The notes under the pieces were generated by a model. It had not been told where the DNA came from and did not search any database. It was given only the letters and a program-made list of their open reading frames with translations. A DNA stretch of 64,000 nucleotides from contig OZ199840.1 in NCBI GenBank assembly GCA_964304625.1, positions 8,129,744 to 8,193,743 of the forward strand, given 5' to 3'. How positions within the stretch are numbered: position 1 is the first letter of the stretch; the number at the start of each line of letters is the position of its first letter. The stretch comes from Kudoa neothunni. Lineage: Eukaryota; Animalia; Cnidaria. The position numbers and the translations under genes were made by a program. Shown here one piece after another: positions 13,194-25,848 of this stretch.

Positions 13194-15212
13194 TTAGGTT
13201 CTTGTGGTGGTAACAGTGGATTCAGTTGTTGGAGTTGTAACAGTTTCTGGGTCTGCAATAAAGAGTTCCAATTCAACTGGCTCTCCATCATATCTGCGCT
13301 TTACAATCACTGTAGCCGATTTATATTCAGGAACATCGAAGAAAGTGATTCTTGAATTGCATGGCTCATTCCAACCGTTTGTTCGGTCGTGCACAGCAAG
13401 AATCTTTGCCTCCTGCTCTTTAGTTTTTTCCACAAATGTAAAGTCACAAATTCCGTCCGTTCCACCTCCTACCTTTACTGTTATTTCCAAATCATTTTCT
13501 GTCCATTTATATCCAAGTTCTACCTTTTTAAATAGAGACCCTAAAATTTATATTAATTTTTAAATTTACACCTCTATAGTACCTGTTCTAACATTTTTCG
13601 TGAGAGCTTCAGTTTCCGAGTAGAATCTCTGTGGAACTGCTTTAAAAGTGTATTCTGTATCCGGTTGCAGCTTAGTGACAGTAAATTCTGAAGTGCACAA
13701 GCCATAGCAGTTGTAGGATTCTTCACACACCGATCGAACAAAATTAATTGTGCCTTTCAATGCTTGCATTATCATACACTCTGCTTTATAGTCTTCGTGA
13801 TCTATTTGTTGTGGAACTATCACAACATTTTGAGGGTATGTTGTAATGTCAGCGGTAACATCATCAATTTTAGCTATTTATTATTATTATTAATATTCAG
13901 AAAATAAATCCTTATACCAGTTTTAAAAATTTTATTTATCTGAATCGCATTCTCATCACCACTCGAAGCTTTGTACTGTACATTAACCACATATTTGGTA
14001 TCGGCCTCAAGATGTAATAATTTTATATCATTTTCACACGAAGCAAAAACAGTATGCCCTTTTAATCCTACGTGGTTTGAGTCCACTTTGACGTAGTTCT
14101 CTTGTACAAACATTTCCACCTTGCATTGGTCACTGCCTGCATGAAGCGCAGAGACTCCCAATGTAGCCCCATATGTAAGGATATCCTTTATTTGGAAATC
14201 TTTTTTATCAGCTAACGATATAAGTTAAAATATTATTAATGATAATTAAATACTTGACATCAGCATTGATTCGGTTTCTACGCCCCTAGTGGATATTTTG
14301 ACATGAAATTCTTTATTATTGTTTTTATCATAATTTGTTTCCAATGTGACATTTTGACATATTTGGTAACAGATAATATTTTCACCAAGTTCGCATTTAG
14401 ATGTCAAAGTTTCACCTTTTTTAGCTATTTCAAACTTGCAAATCGTATCTGGAATAGGTTCTTCGAATATGATGTCTATTTTGTTATCAGTTGCATTAGC
14501 TGCGATTCTCACAGGATATCGTTTCAGTAGGTCTTTCTTATTACTTAGAAACATATTTTTATCAAAGAAAAGTTTTGGATTGTGTGGTCCACAGTAAAGT
14601 TCAAGGGGTTTATTGTAGATATTGTATAAACTTCTAAGCATGTATTCAGCACCACATTGAGGCTGTGAATCAAGGATGTAGCTCTGAACAGTAAACTGTC
14701 CAGATCTGATCTGACAAACGAAAGGAGATTCCTCGCACATGTGTTTGACGACGAATGCCACAGTTGATCCATCAAAGTGGTATGAGGAGAAGGGGACAGA
14801 TGAAGTAGCTAGAGAATAATATTAAATGAGAATGTAACTTTCGATAAATATACTGTGAACAACTTTGAGGTAGTCTGTTTTGGCTTTTGAGGCTATTTGA
14901 AGAAAATGATGAGGAGCGATGTGATCAGTATGAAAAGTGTATTCTCCGCTGCAAGGAACCTCACAAATGTTTCGACTACCACAGCTCACATCTCGATAAA
15001 AATAATAAGTATCATCTTTGGTGAATAACTTGATGCGACAAAGATGAGTTGGGTTTCCTTCTAGGGTCAAATGAATGGCATTCTTATGCAGCTGATTATC
15101 TCTTACGATGTAATACCTATGAAGTTGAACTATGTACAGAATTATTTATCGACAGTTATTCAATTAGGTCACCTGTATAAAAAAGGGTAAAGCACAAAAA
15201 AGCGAATTTCAT
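13194..15212 (-). CDS. Novel secreted paralog 'A1': signal peptide, six Cys-rich FN3/Ig-like modules, Thr-rich tail, no anchor (about 600 aa)
   Basis: ATG 15212 MKFAFLCFTLFYTVQL. Same exon layout and intron phases as B1. Motifs LHLEADTKY and VTKLQPDTEYTF. Ends PETVTTPTTESTVTTTRT*. Confidence 0.82.
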
Positions 15213-18058
15213 AATTTTGTGCTATTGCCGATCGCAAATAATGAATTCAATACGGATTAACGAACTTTTATATTATTTAGATAAGTTAATTTAGTTATTT
15301 GAGTAGGAGTGGTTAGGATTAAATAAAGGTTCTAGAAATGTAAAACAATTTTTTTAATAAACCAATGTTTCAATCTTAACTTATTGTAATATTAAAATTA
15401 CCATATGTTTTATTTTCGTAACTATAAATAATTAATTTATTGATATATTTAAAAACTTAATATCCATCGCGAACTGAAATTATTTTAGGTAGTGTCATAA
15501 AGGTAAAAATTGAGATATTTCAATGAATTATATATAAATGGAGTAATTGTACAAAGTTATTCACAATAATATAATACCATCCGAAGCGAGATCGTATATT
15601 GTCTAGGTTTACATTAATATAAACATAAATAACTGTCATTGGGGAACAAATTGAATGGTTTAAAACTTCCGATAACTCTCGTCATATACAAATATATATT
15701 ATCGTAGTTGGTTTTACCAAGAAAATAATTTAATACAAATTTTAATAATTAATTTGAATTCATGTATCATTTTAATATAATATCTCAGCTAATTATATTC
15801 AGAATGGTGAAACTATTACTTTACTGTGTTGATTAAGAAATTTTCCGTATCAATTTAAAAAATTTTTTATTGCATATTAGATCATTCATGTCGTAAAAAT
15901 AATAATATTTTTAACTTATTAAGTTATTAAAATACAACTATAAAATCCACACAGTAGAAGAAAACTTTTTGCTTTCAATTTTTTTAAACTAGCACTAATG
16001 CCCAGCATTACCTTGTATTATGTGATGGAAGATTTTAACTTCTATTTTTGAATGGAGAAATTCAACGGAAGAATTAATCTAATCAGCACATTAAACAATG
16101 TTAATTTTATTTTTCTATTTTAATTTATGCATTTTAAAACTTGTCATTATTTTTGCAATATGATGAATTAGATAAACAAAATTATGCGCACACTTTCCAT
16201 TCAAATATAAATAGAGGGAATGTTGGAAATTAATGAGTATTTTTAAGTTTATTTTTCAAGTTATTGACCCAAAATATAATTCCCTTAATTTTATGAGAAA
16301 TGTAATTAACTATTAAAGTTCATTTATTTATTAAACAACATTATTAATTAACTTAAATAGGACTTTCAGTTCTCTTAAAAATTTTGCGATAAAAATTAAT
16401 TCTTCTAGTTATAAAATTTATTATTAGTCTACAAACGATGAAAAAAATAAAATTGATCTAACATGCGTCAGAAATAAAAATAATATTACTCCTTTTTTTT
16501 ACAATTTTATAAAGGATATTAATTAATGATGTTTTAAAAAGCTGTGAGCGGTAACTTACATATTCACACTATTTAACATAATTTCCCAATTTTTAAACGA
16601 ATGCAACTTTTTTTATACAAAAATACTTACTGGTTCAAAAATGTACACATTTAATTATCAAAATACGATTAAATTTAAAGTGTAAAGGTGTGTTTGGTTT
16701 GAAGAATTACAGTAATGCTTAAAAATTTAAATATCAACATGTTTTCTCGAAGGTGTGCACCCTTGTAAAAATGAAATTTGTTTGATTGCCCTAAAAAATT
16801 TCTTTTATTGAACGATTGTTAGATTGACAAAAACTTTGTGAAAATATCGGTTAGATCGAATAAACCAATAATTTCGTATTAATTTATATGGCATGTATTG
16901 AGATTGAGAGAGGATTGTATTTTGTGCAAAAGTAATCGTGAATATAAATTCTTAAACTACGTATAGAACGCGGTTTCGCATATTTTCATGCGGATTTTAT
17001 ATCATAATGACTTAGTGCTAGCGAAAAGAAAATTATATATTGATTTGAATATTAACTTTAAGATTTGGGGTCTGGGGGTAAGGAATAATTAGGTTACTAA
17101 GAACTTAAACATGATTTAAAAAATTGTCTCATCAAATATAGAAACTTAACGAATTAATGATTCCAGCTATTTTTCAAGTAAGTTTAGGAAAACAAACAAA
17201 TGAATAAAAACTTATCGAAAACACGAATGGAGTTTCAATCTCAATCTACATATTTGATAAAAAGAAATTTTCACATCTCAGGAATTCTAATGGAGCATGA
17301 TTTTCATTTAATAAGTTATCACAAAAATTTAATTATTTGAAAACTCTACGCAGATCTTACATCGTTTTTAGAATGCTAATAGAACTACTAAATTATTCCT
17401 TAATGGTAACAATTTATAATCTCAAATTATGTGTTTTGTTCAAAATAATCGTAAGTCTTTTTGCTTAAAATGTATCTATAATGCTTTAACAATGAATCTT
17501 TATTTTAAAAAAATGTAATACGTTACAGATTTTAAGGGAAATGCAAAAACTCTCGTAAATGTAACGTTAATAGTTTAATTTGTCTTAAAATTACTCCAAA
17601 CAGACATATGTAACATTTTTGAAACATTCTACATCAAATCAAACAAATTTTCTTCGTATATATTGAGTGGAAGGTCATTATAATCGACTTTCGCTCCGAA
17701 GTAAACAAACATCAATATTATTCAGGTACTTTTTAATCTGCTATTTGAACAGACAACCAGAAAATTCCTTACTTTTTACCTCGATATTGATTATATTTTT
17801 ACTTCTAAGTAAATGAAAATTTATTATTGATGATTCCATCTATTCAAATGCAAACTAAAATATGTATTTAAAAAAAGCTGATACTTTGCACAAGCGCATT
17901 TGTGGACACGTCAGGGTTGGCAATTTCGTTCAAAAAATTTGAGGTTGTTATTTCGTTCGCGGTCGTTCATTAATACTTTGTGCAAATTTGGAGTCTTTCA
18001 AACGAACACAAACTTACCATCCCGCCCTAGACTATTGGAAGATTCTAAATATCGACAT

Positions 18059-20445
18059 TTTTCTTGTTTACAAGGTAAAGCCCAGGCGCCACTTATTAGG
18101 TTGTGGAATTCTGGTTGGTCAGACCTCTTCCATTAACGTTGTAGGCACCGCAGGACGTATCATAAAACCCCGCCCCTTGTCCTTATGTGGCTGTGCGGGA
18201 CTTTAACCCATTAAACATCCTCGTCTCAGGGCGACCACAGCCACAACCCCACACCTTATCCCTTTAACTTTGCAAGCGCTTCAAAACCGACTATACACTT
18301 AATGATTTTAGGGTCTATTAGACCACATTTTTTATTCAATATTATGAATTTTAATAATTGTTAAAACTTCATCATGTAAAAATAAAAAAATTCTATTTAC
18401 AAAATCGCACAATATTGGGAAAAAACATGTGTCGAAGTTTTCTGATACCGTCCGAATAATGTAACGGATTATATATTCTTGTTAAATAATATTTTACGAA
18501 ATATTATTCAACAAGAATTTTCAAAAATATTTAAAATAATGTGTTATAAATTATCTCATATATAATTAATTCGATTAAAACTTCACGGCACCACAAAATA
18601 ATTATCATCAAAATGAACTAAAAAGTCTCCAATGTTCAACTTAAACGCATATATCAATGTAACAGTTAATATTTTCTTTCTGTGGCCTTCCCTATTATTA
18701 TCTGCGAGTTTAAGAGAATAGTAGTACCATTATTTATATCAGATCTACAATAAAGTCGATGCTCTGCCTCTAATTAACAATTTATTATTTATGTACGTAC
18801 AAACAGAAATCTCATTCAGCAAAAATATGATAATTATAATGTAATCCATACATTTATTTTTTTCCAATGTACTGTTAAAACAAGCATCTTCAGAATGTTC
18901 TTCACAGCAATGTTTCTTACATACAACACATTTATTGTCTTACGATAACCATTTCTTGGGCTTATAGCACACTGTTTATGGGATTTTTTGGAATAATACT
19001 AGTGCTTTTTGGATTTCCTGCTCTTGATTTAGTTACAAATTTAGCGTCAAGGAACTGCTGAAGGAACGGAATGTGCTAGCGAGATTCTCTAAAAATTAGG
19101 CTCTTTTGATTTTTCCATCATTGAATATGATTTTTTACAAGCAAAACTTGTTTAAGAGATTTATGTCGATATTATAAAAAATAACTGCCGGCCCACGTAT
19201 GGAATATCTTTTTAATCTTGTGGATGTGAACATCTGATCAATCGTATCAATAGCTCATCTAATTTCGTTATAATAATTCATGCTACCTGGCTTCTTTTTT
19301 CCACCATTCAATATATTTGTATGAGCTGTTGAATTGGCTAAAATTAACAAATCCTTATTATTTTAGGGACTTAAGAGGCTAGAATTTTACTTTCATTAAA
19401 CAGAAAAAGTGTGCTAAATGTCTCCCTTGTTTTATTATTTTCATTATACGCCGATCATTCCTCTTATTAGCTCTAAATGTTCTAACCATAGTAAGAACCA
19501 TTTTCAATAACTGAAAGCTCTTTCAACAATGATTATAATAATGAAAGTCAAATATATTGGCATTACATGCAACATTACTGTAAAAATTGCCATCCAAAAA
19601 TATGTCAAAAATCCGTTATATGAAAGATTCTCTGAGCTGAAACATTCTTAAGGACAGAGGCCTACTTAAAAAGATTTCCATTAGTATTTCGGAGGTTTTT
19701 AAAGCTTCGGCAGCCCAGATAAGGTTATTGTCATCATATTCAGATAAATCAGTGACAGAATCAATAAAATCGGAGGAATCAATGATTTTACTGAAGTCGG
19801 AATTATAATCGGTGGAATGTATTTCGTTAATGGCTTCCATGAAGACAAATTTCCGTAATAAGCGCGGATCGTGTATAATTGTGTAAACTCGCTGGCAAGT
19901 ATGTCTCATTTTTCTCTTTATTTCTTCGATAGATTTTGTTAACATCCTCAATTCCATGTTATTATAATTTTATATATAAAATGATAGAATAAAATTGTGA
20001 GCTCCATTAGACCCCAAAAGCTCCAAATGTATAATTTTTATTTAATTTTTCATTCATTAATGATAATTTGAAACTTATTTGGCAGACATACAGTGTAAGA
20101 AATTTTAAAAGAATAGACCGAGTTTTAGAAAATTTAGATAATTGGAAGGGGGCAAAAACTAATCTTTAATATGGCTTGGGGTTTAATAGACCCCAAAAGC
20201 ACTCGAAAGGTTAAGGACGTTGGCTCTGAGGCCTGCAAATTACTTGCCTTTCGATGGGTTCCGGAGATTCCAATTCCAATTCACGCTCACGTCATAGCGA
20301 GTGTACATCATAACCCTAGCTCCCAAATATGGGATAGAGACCCACCGACACGGAAGCAATAGTCTAAACACCTGCGGATTCGAATCCATTACCACACGGT
20401 TCTGAGCCCGAATGTCACTCCAATGTGCTATCTGTCATCAGCTCG
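18059..20445 (-). mobile_element. tRNA-derived SINE (about 430 bp) split by a piggyBac insertion
   Basis: Minus strand 5' end has box A TAGCACATTGG (20420-20430), a tRNA-like GGGCTCAGAACC arm and box B GGATTCGAATCC (20376-20387). GC-rich body in two halves (20215-20445, 18059-18263) with an A-rich end. Flanked by 13-bp direct repeat taaatatc(g/t)acat at 18046-18058 and 20446-20458. Confidence 0.65.
18268..20210 (-). mobile_element. Degenerate piggyBac transposon
   Basis: TTAA on both sides (18264-18267, 20211-20214). Imperfect inverted ends with gggtctattagacc motifs. Decayed transposase on the minus strand, e.g. YNEI..AIDTIDQM near 19230-19275 and a Cys-rich C-terminal relic near 18900. Confidence 0.7.
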
Positions 20446-21769
20446 TAAATATCTACATCTAAGAAAGTTGGTAACAGCTATTTTTTCGAATCCTATCGGC
20501 AACTCGAGCTCCGAGAGGGTTTTTTCTAATAGCAAAAAAATCCACAAAAGAGATCGTTCACGCATAAACTCATTGACCTTGTTGAAACTACCGGTCTATT
20601 CCAACAATAAAGTTAATAAATCTAACTAATAATTATATGTAATATGAAATAGTTGTTTCTTTTTAACTTCACACCATAATCGATCTTTTAACAAATAAAA
20701 AAATTGCTTGTTCGTCTCCTTAGTCATATCTCTGACATTAAAAAATTTCTGTAACCACCTAAACCATTGGTTGTGGGAACTCTCTCATGCAATTTTCTTA
20801 AACCAGCGCTAGAAAATATACGATGGAAATGATAAAATAATATGCTATGATCGTGATAAAATATTCAAAAAATCGCTCCGATCAAGATTGAAAACGATGT
20901 TATTATTCTCCAACCTTGATCTAGCAAGCACCTAAATGCCTCAGGGATAATTAAGGAAATATCATATACCATATTTCTCACTTAGAGCTGCTTGCATAAC
21001 TATTGCGTCAATTTAAATCGTTATTCAGCCAATAAATATAAGCTTTAATTCAAATACAATTTGTTCTTGAAATTAAATACAGATGTTGTTTGTTAATATC
21101 TAATTAATTGCCACTAAAAACCAACGCTTCCTTAAACGACCGATATATTTAGATTCTCTCTGAGCGAAGACCCGTTCAGTCGAAATAATTTAATACTGTG
21201 ATTTCGTTCGTGTTGGTTCATTTTTACTTGTAAAAATTCTTGTTCATGTGAACGAACACAAACGAAACTCACAAATTTGCCACATTGGCTAAGATTATTA
21301 TGAAAGATAAAATGGTAAGAGAAACTCTAAATGGTGTCAAATTGCTGCAAGTTTTATTTATCTACTCATACTTAGAAATTCTTTTAAAGTGCAAAAATTA
21401 ATTGTTGTTCTTATTTTCGTTATTTTTTAACGAGTCTTTATTAGTCGATAACATTACTTTTATTTTGTTAACACTTACGGAGAACGTCGATATATCATGA
21501 TAATGTCATAATCGAGATTAGTCCGAGATTATTTGGCGTAATTAATAAAATATTCCAATGATTCTACTCGTTTAAATTAAATAATAGTTTGACTTCCGCA
21601 ATTAATTATTTTTTTACACACATCGGCACAATAAAAAAGTGGTATAATTTTTACCCCAAAAATGTTACGGGGGAATCGTTTTTGAGATCGTTAGGAGGTT
21701 GATATCGTTTTAATCGAAATTCAAACATCATAATTTTTTAACACTACCATCGTGATTATAACAATTTTT

Positions 21770-22007
21770 TAATCTAATTTATCAAATAAAAAATCTGAGG
21801 TCATATTGACCCCAGTGTAATCGAAGAATAGTTTTTTATAAAATTTTACAGTCATTATTTTTTATTATTTTTCGTTTGAACTACCACTAAAACAATATAG
21901 GAGAATAGATGGAACCTTGTCGCATAAAGAAGAATCCTAGAAAAGTTACTGGGGAATTAATTTGGCTTTGGGGTCATATTGACCCCAATGTCTTTAGAGG
22001 ATTAAGG
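21770..22007 (+). mobile_element. piggyBac-type right end fragment
   Basis: Two ggtcatattgacccca palindromic motifs ending ttagagga-TTAA. Same family as 25530-25619. Confidence 0.55.
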
Positions 22008-22179
22008 TGGGTTCATAAAGATCTATAATTATGTTGTAAACTGAACGTCAAATATTATTTGATAATATAATTTAAATAAAATGAGGGTAGATTAATATCT
22101 TTTTATAAATTTTGGGGTCAAACTTTATTTTTTATGATCCCGGAGGTATTACGAAAAATCGGTTACCTACTGCACAATC

Positions 22180-23386
22180 GATGACGGGTGGTTTGTAACT
22201 TTCCAAAATATGTAAAAATTAGAAATTATAAAGAAAATGAATTATTATATTTTAACTCAAAATACACATTAAGTGGACAAAGTATTAGCTGTTTAATAAC
22301 TAAATCTTGGTAATTTTTCCGTATTTTTATGGATTAGCGTGTGGTTCGTAACTTTTTGGGTGAACAAGCGTCTAGATTTTTTTGTATAAACTATTGATTG
22401 AAGATAGAAATAATCAATTACTCTGACATTTAGTCAAATGCAGAGGTAAAATCAAGAATTACAAAACTTTGTAATACATCATCCTTATCTACATTGTTTT
22501 GTTTCAAATAAAAAGGATGATATAATTGGCGCATTTAAGCACAGTTTGGTCTTAGAAAATACGCATACTTAAAAAACAATAAAGAAATGATTTTCTGTTT
22601 TTAGAAAAAGCCAGCTGTCATGTAAAATTTGAAGATTCAAATATTAAACTAATTTTTCTTCCCCAAAACACCCCGAGTGCTCTCCGACCCATAGATGTGA
22701 GCATAATATACGTGTTTAAATTCTACTATAAAGTATATACGATAAAACTCCACATTTCTTCCACCAAAGCTTCGATGAAACCTGTATCTCCAACTATTTT
22801 GAATCCTATTTTTTGATTGAAAATTCTTTGGATTCGATGACTAAATCAACTATTTTGAATTGTTTTGTTATGACGAAATCTAATCGCAAAAAATATTTCT
22901 ATTATTACTGATAATTTAAATAAAAACGACGATTAAAATTTAGAATACAAATTTTTTAATGAGATAAATGAAATGAACAATGATGAAATAATATCGAACG
23001 TCATGGCTATTGGAAATAACAATCTTTCCGATGAACATGAAAATATCAAAAAAATTAATGAATATCCAGACGATGCCACAGAAATTGAAGTCAAAGAGGA
23101 TATTTATTAGTTTAAATATAAAAAAATATTAATATTAATTCATAGAATTTTCTTATTTTATTTTGGCAAACTTAAGCAATACCATATCGAGCATGGTTCA
23201 AAAAATACGAATATACTTGCGGATATTGTAAACGAAGTACAATAAATAATTATAAAAACACGGAAAATACTAAAATTATGAAACATTTCTAATAAAAATA
23301 AATTTTATTAATTATCAACTCACCTACCCTGTGTGATTTTGAACAAGGCGCGCGCATCTTACAAAAGTTACGAACGACCCGTCATC
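22180..23386 (+). mobile_element. pogo/Tigger (Tc1-mariner superfamily) relic
   Basis: Inverted ends gatgacgggtggtttgtaacttt / aaagttacgaacgacccgtcatc followed by TA. DDE_1-like remnant IKLIFLPQNTPSALRPIDVSIIYVFKFYYK at about 22640-22735. Confidence 0.72.
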
Positions 23387-23409
23387 TACCGTATTCTTGA
23401 GGATATTAA

Positions 23410-25390
23410 TCTTTAAAGGACAACCCGGGGCTCCACGAGCCCATATACACTAACCGGATTAATTATAGTATTAATGTGTTAATTAATGCATTAATTCGTG
23501 GTCTCTCTTAACGCTAGCTGTGTTGTATAATAACGCATTGATAAGAAAAACAATAAGAATAAATATTCTACTAATTTTTTGAGATACAATTAAAACAAGT
23601 AATGTTCCTCGCGGAATGCTCGCTACATACACTTTTTTTGCAAGGGGAACACGCTTATTCCTACGAATTACGTGGCTTGGACAAAAGTGACATCGCTTTC
23701 GTCTGTTATCTTCGCAGATTTGGATTTGGTTGGATACATTATTGGAAAATTGATATCCAATAATTTCCATCGGGCGTTTCAAAGCGGGTTGGGTAGAAAT
23801 TAATGGATTTTTGAATTTTCTTTCTTGTTCACCTTTTATTAACGAATAAGACAAATCCAATAGAAATCTTTGTCTTCTACCAGTTTTATCAGTCCTCATG
23901 TAGGTAGGATTTCTATTTATGAAAATTACATATGCGTTGAATGCAGCCACATCTAATAATTGGCAAAACACCGCGAATGGCCAACGTCGACATTTCCTCT
24001 TGCAAGAATATGTTGAAACACATTGATCTAATGTGTCAACGCCACATTTTTTTTGTTTTAGTCTAAGATTGCCTGAGGCTTAGCATGGTATTCTTTACTT
24101 ACATTTTGAGTGCGGTGTTCTGATGAAAGAATAACCACTGCCTTATTTTTACGCGGAACATACGAAATAAGGTTGAGTACTTTGTAAAAACCAAATAGCG
24201 ATGAGAACATATTTCTTGATCTATGCGCCAAAAATTCTGGGGGTATAGAAGTTCTGCATTTACGCACAGTTCCAAGAATTGATGTTTTCCTTTCATACAA
24301 ATATTCAGCCAATTTCCACGAAGTAAAATAATTGTCGAAGGTGATACTACGGCCCGCATCCAAAAGGTGGTGTGTTAAATTTACCACAACATTAAAAGGT
24401 AGGTTGGATTCACGGTAACTGTCAATTTTACCCAAATATGGAATTATGTTTGAAACATAAAATGTGTCGCTGTCGCAAACAATCCATAATTTCAAACCGT
24501 ATTTCGATGGTTTTTTGGGTATGTACACTAAAAATGAAACTCGCCCCCGAAAAGGATACAGCTGTTCATCAACAGTTAAATTAGGACCTGGGATATAGCT
24601 AGTTCTACAGATGCCAGTAAATTCATCGAATATTTTTTTTATCAGTGAAAATTTATCTCCCATCTCATCGATGCCTTTGTGATTTGTGTACAACATGATT
24701 TCTTCCATCATTTGTTTAGTTATGAAATGATTGAAGCAATCAAGTGGTGTCGTCGAATCGAAAGAATCAATTGGCTTCCCTTGTACAATACTGCAGTCTA
24801 TTACATTATGACAGGAAGTTCGTCCAGGAGTGGGCTGGGAAGTCCAAATAATAGATGTGTCTTTCGACAAATAATTATTAAGGGAATCTCGAGTGTTACA
24901 GTCATGTGAAACAATTTGTGAAGAAGAATCTTGATTGAATACGTTTAGTTGTCCCTTAGATGAATCTATGAATAATGAAATTAAGATTTTATATTTTTTC
25001 GATAGACCAACCGTCAAATTCATGTAGTAAACTCTCGGTTAATTCGTTATCATCCTCCAAGAAATTTTTTAGCACGTTTGAAGATATACTTTCAGTGTCA
25101 AATGATATGTCAGTAAATAAACGGGAATCTTCCATTATAACTGTTTGGTGCAAATTTGGGATCAAATTTTGTTACGTACAAACATAACATGGGCTTAATA
25201 TATATTCCGAGAGATGAAAAAAGGTCTTAAAACCATCAAAAAAATTTTTCCCATGAATAACATCAATTGATAGATAATTAATTTTTATGAATTTACGTGA
25301 AATTTGAACCGAAAAAAACTGGTCTAACCTAACTAATTGACGATGTATCACGTGGATGGGCTCATGGAGCCCAGGGGTGTCCTTTAAGGG
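23410..25390 (-). mobile_element. piggyBac transposon with PGBD4-like transposase pseudogene
   Basis: About 35-bp TIRs (tctttaaaggacaacccggggctccacgagcccat / atgggctcatggagcccaggggtgtcctttaaggg), TTAA on the left and TTAC on the right. Motifs TVDEQLYPFRGR, KPSKYGLK, ITFDNYFTS, GVDTLDQ. Premature stop plus frameshift near 24050, a frameshifted Cys-rich domain and an apparent internal deletion. Confidence 0.93.
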
Positions 25391-25529
25391 TTACTTTAAC
25401 GACAGTTGGCCACGAGGGCGCGATGTTGCGAACGAGATTAAAGCGGATTAATTTGCCTATTTATTATTGTTTCATTCGAAAATATGCCAACAGAAAAATT
25501 TCCAAAATTTTCCAATAAGTTTATAAAAA

Positions 25530-25619
25530 TTATTAATTAAATTTATCAACGAAAAATCTGGTGTCATATTGACCCCAATGTAATCGGAGGGTAGTTTTTT
25601 TGTGTCATTAGAGGGTTAA
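25530..25619 (+). mobile_element. piggyBac-type right end fragment
   Basis: gtgtcatattgacccca ... cattagaggg-TTAA (TTAA at 25616-25619). Confidence 0.6.
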
Positions 25620-25848
25620 GGATCAAGTTATGTCGTTTGTCCCGTTAAATGTATTCTATTGAAAAAAATATAATAAAGAACACTCTAAAGTTTATTTTTA
25701 ATTTTTAAATATTTTTTGATGAAATGCAATAAATTTTTAAATATAATTAGATATATCAAATGTTCAACACAAAAATAAGTATTATAGTAAACGAATTTTA
25801 TAAAAAATGGAATTAATGTTTTTGTAAAATCAAAAATTGAGGACTAAT

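Larger units (their letters stand above)
10152..15843. repeat. Segmental duplication copy 1 (two-gene cassette)
   Basis: Near-identical to 25754-31444 at an offset of about 15,600. Paired ORFs in the track, e.g. 10479/26081, 13566/29163, 14246/29846. Confidence 0.97.
17912..21287 (+). mobile_element. Internally deleted hAT transposon relic, interrupted by a SINE and a piggyBac
   Basis: hAT C-terminal dimerisation motif split between LDYWK (about 18030) and KYLHLRKLVTAIFSNPIGNSSSERVFS...KRDRSRI (20447-20570). Loose inverted ends cagggttggcaattt / aaatttgccacattg with subterminal ttcgttc/gaacgaa repeats. No clear 8-bp TSD. Confidence 0.6.

Noticed and set aside
10511-14530. Plus-strand ORFs antisense to the surface-protein exons (and their copies at 26-29 kb)
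   Set aside because: Shadows of the real minus-strand exons, with no independent coding signal.
19616-19957. 113-aa ORF as a host gene
   Set aside because: It lies inside the degenerate piggyBac and looks like its acidic N-terminal transposase region.
20365-20440. Functional tRNA gene
   Set aside because: Boxes A and B are present, but the acceptor stem does not pair and the sequence continues into a TSD-flanked body. Interpreted as a SINE head.
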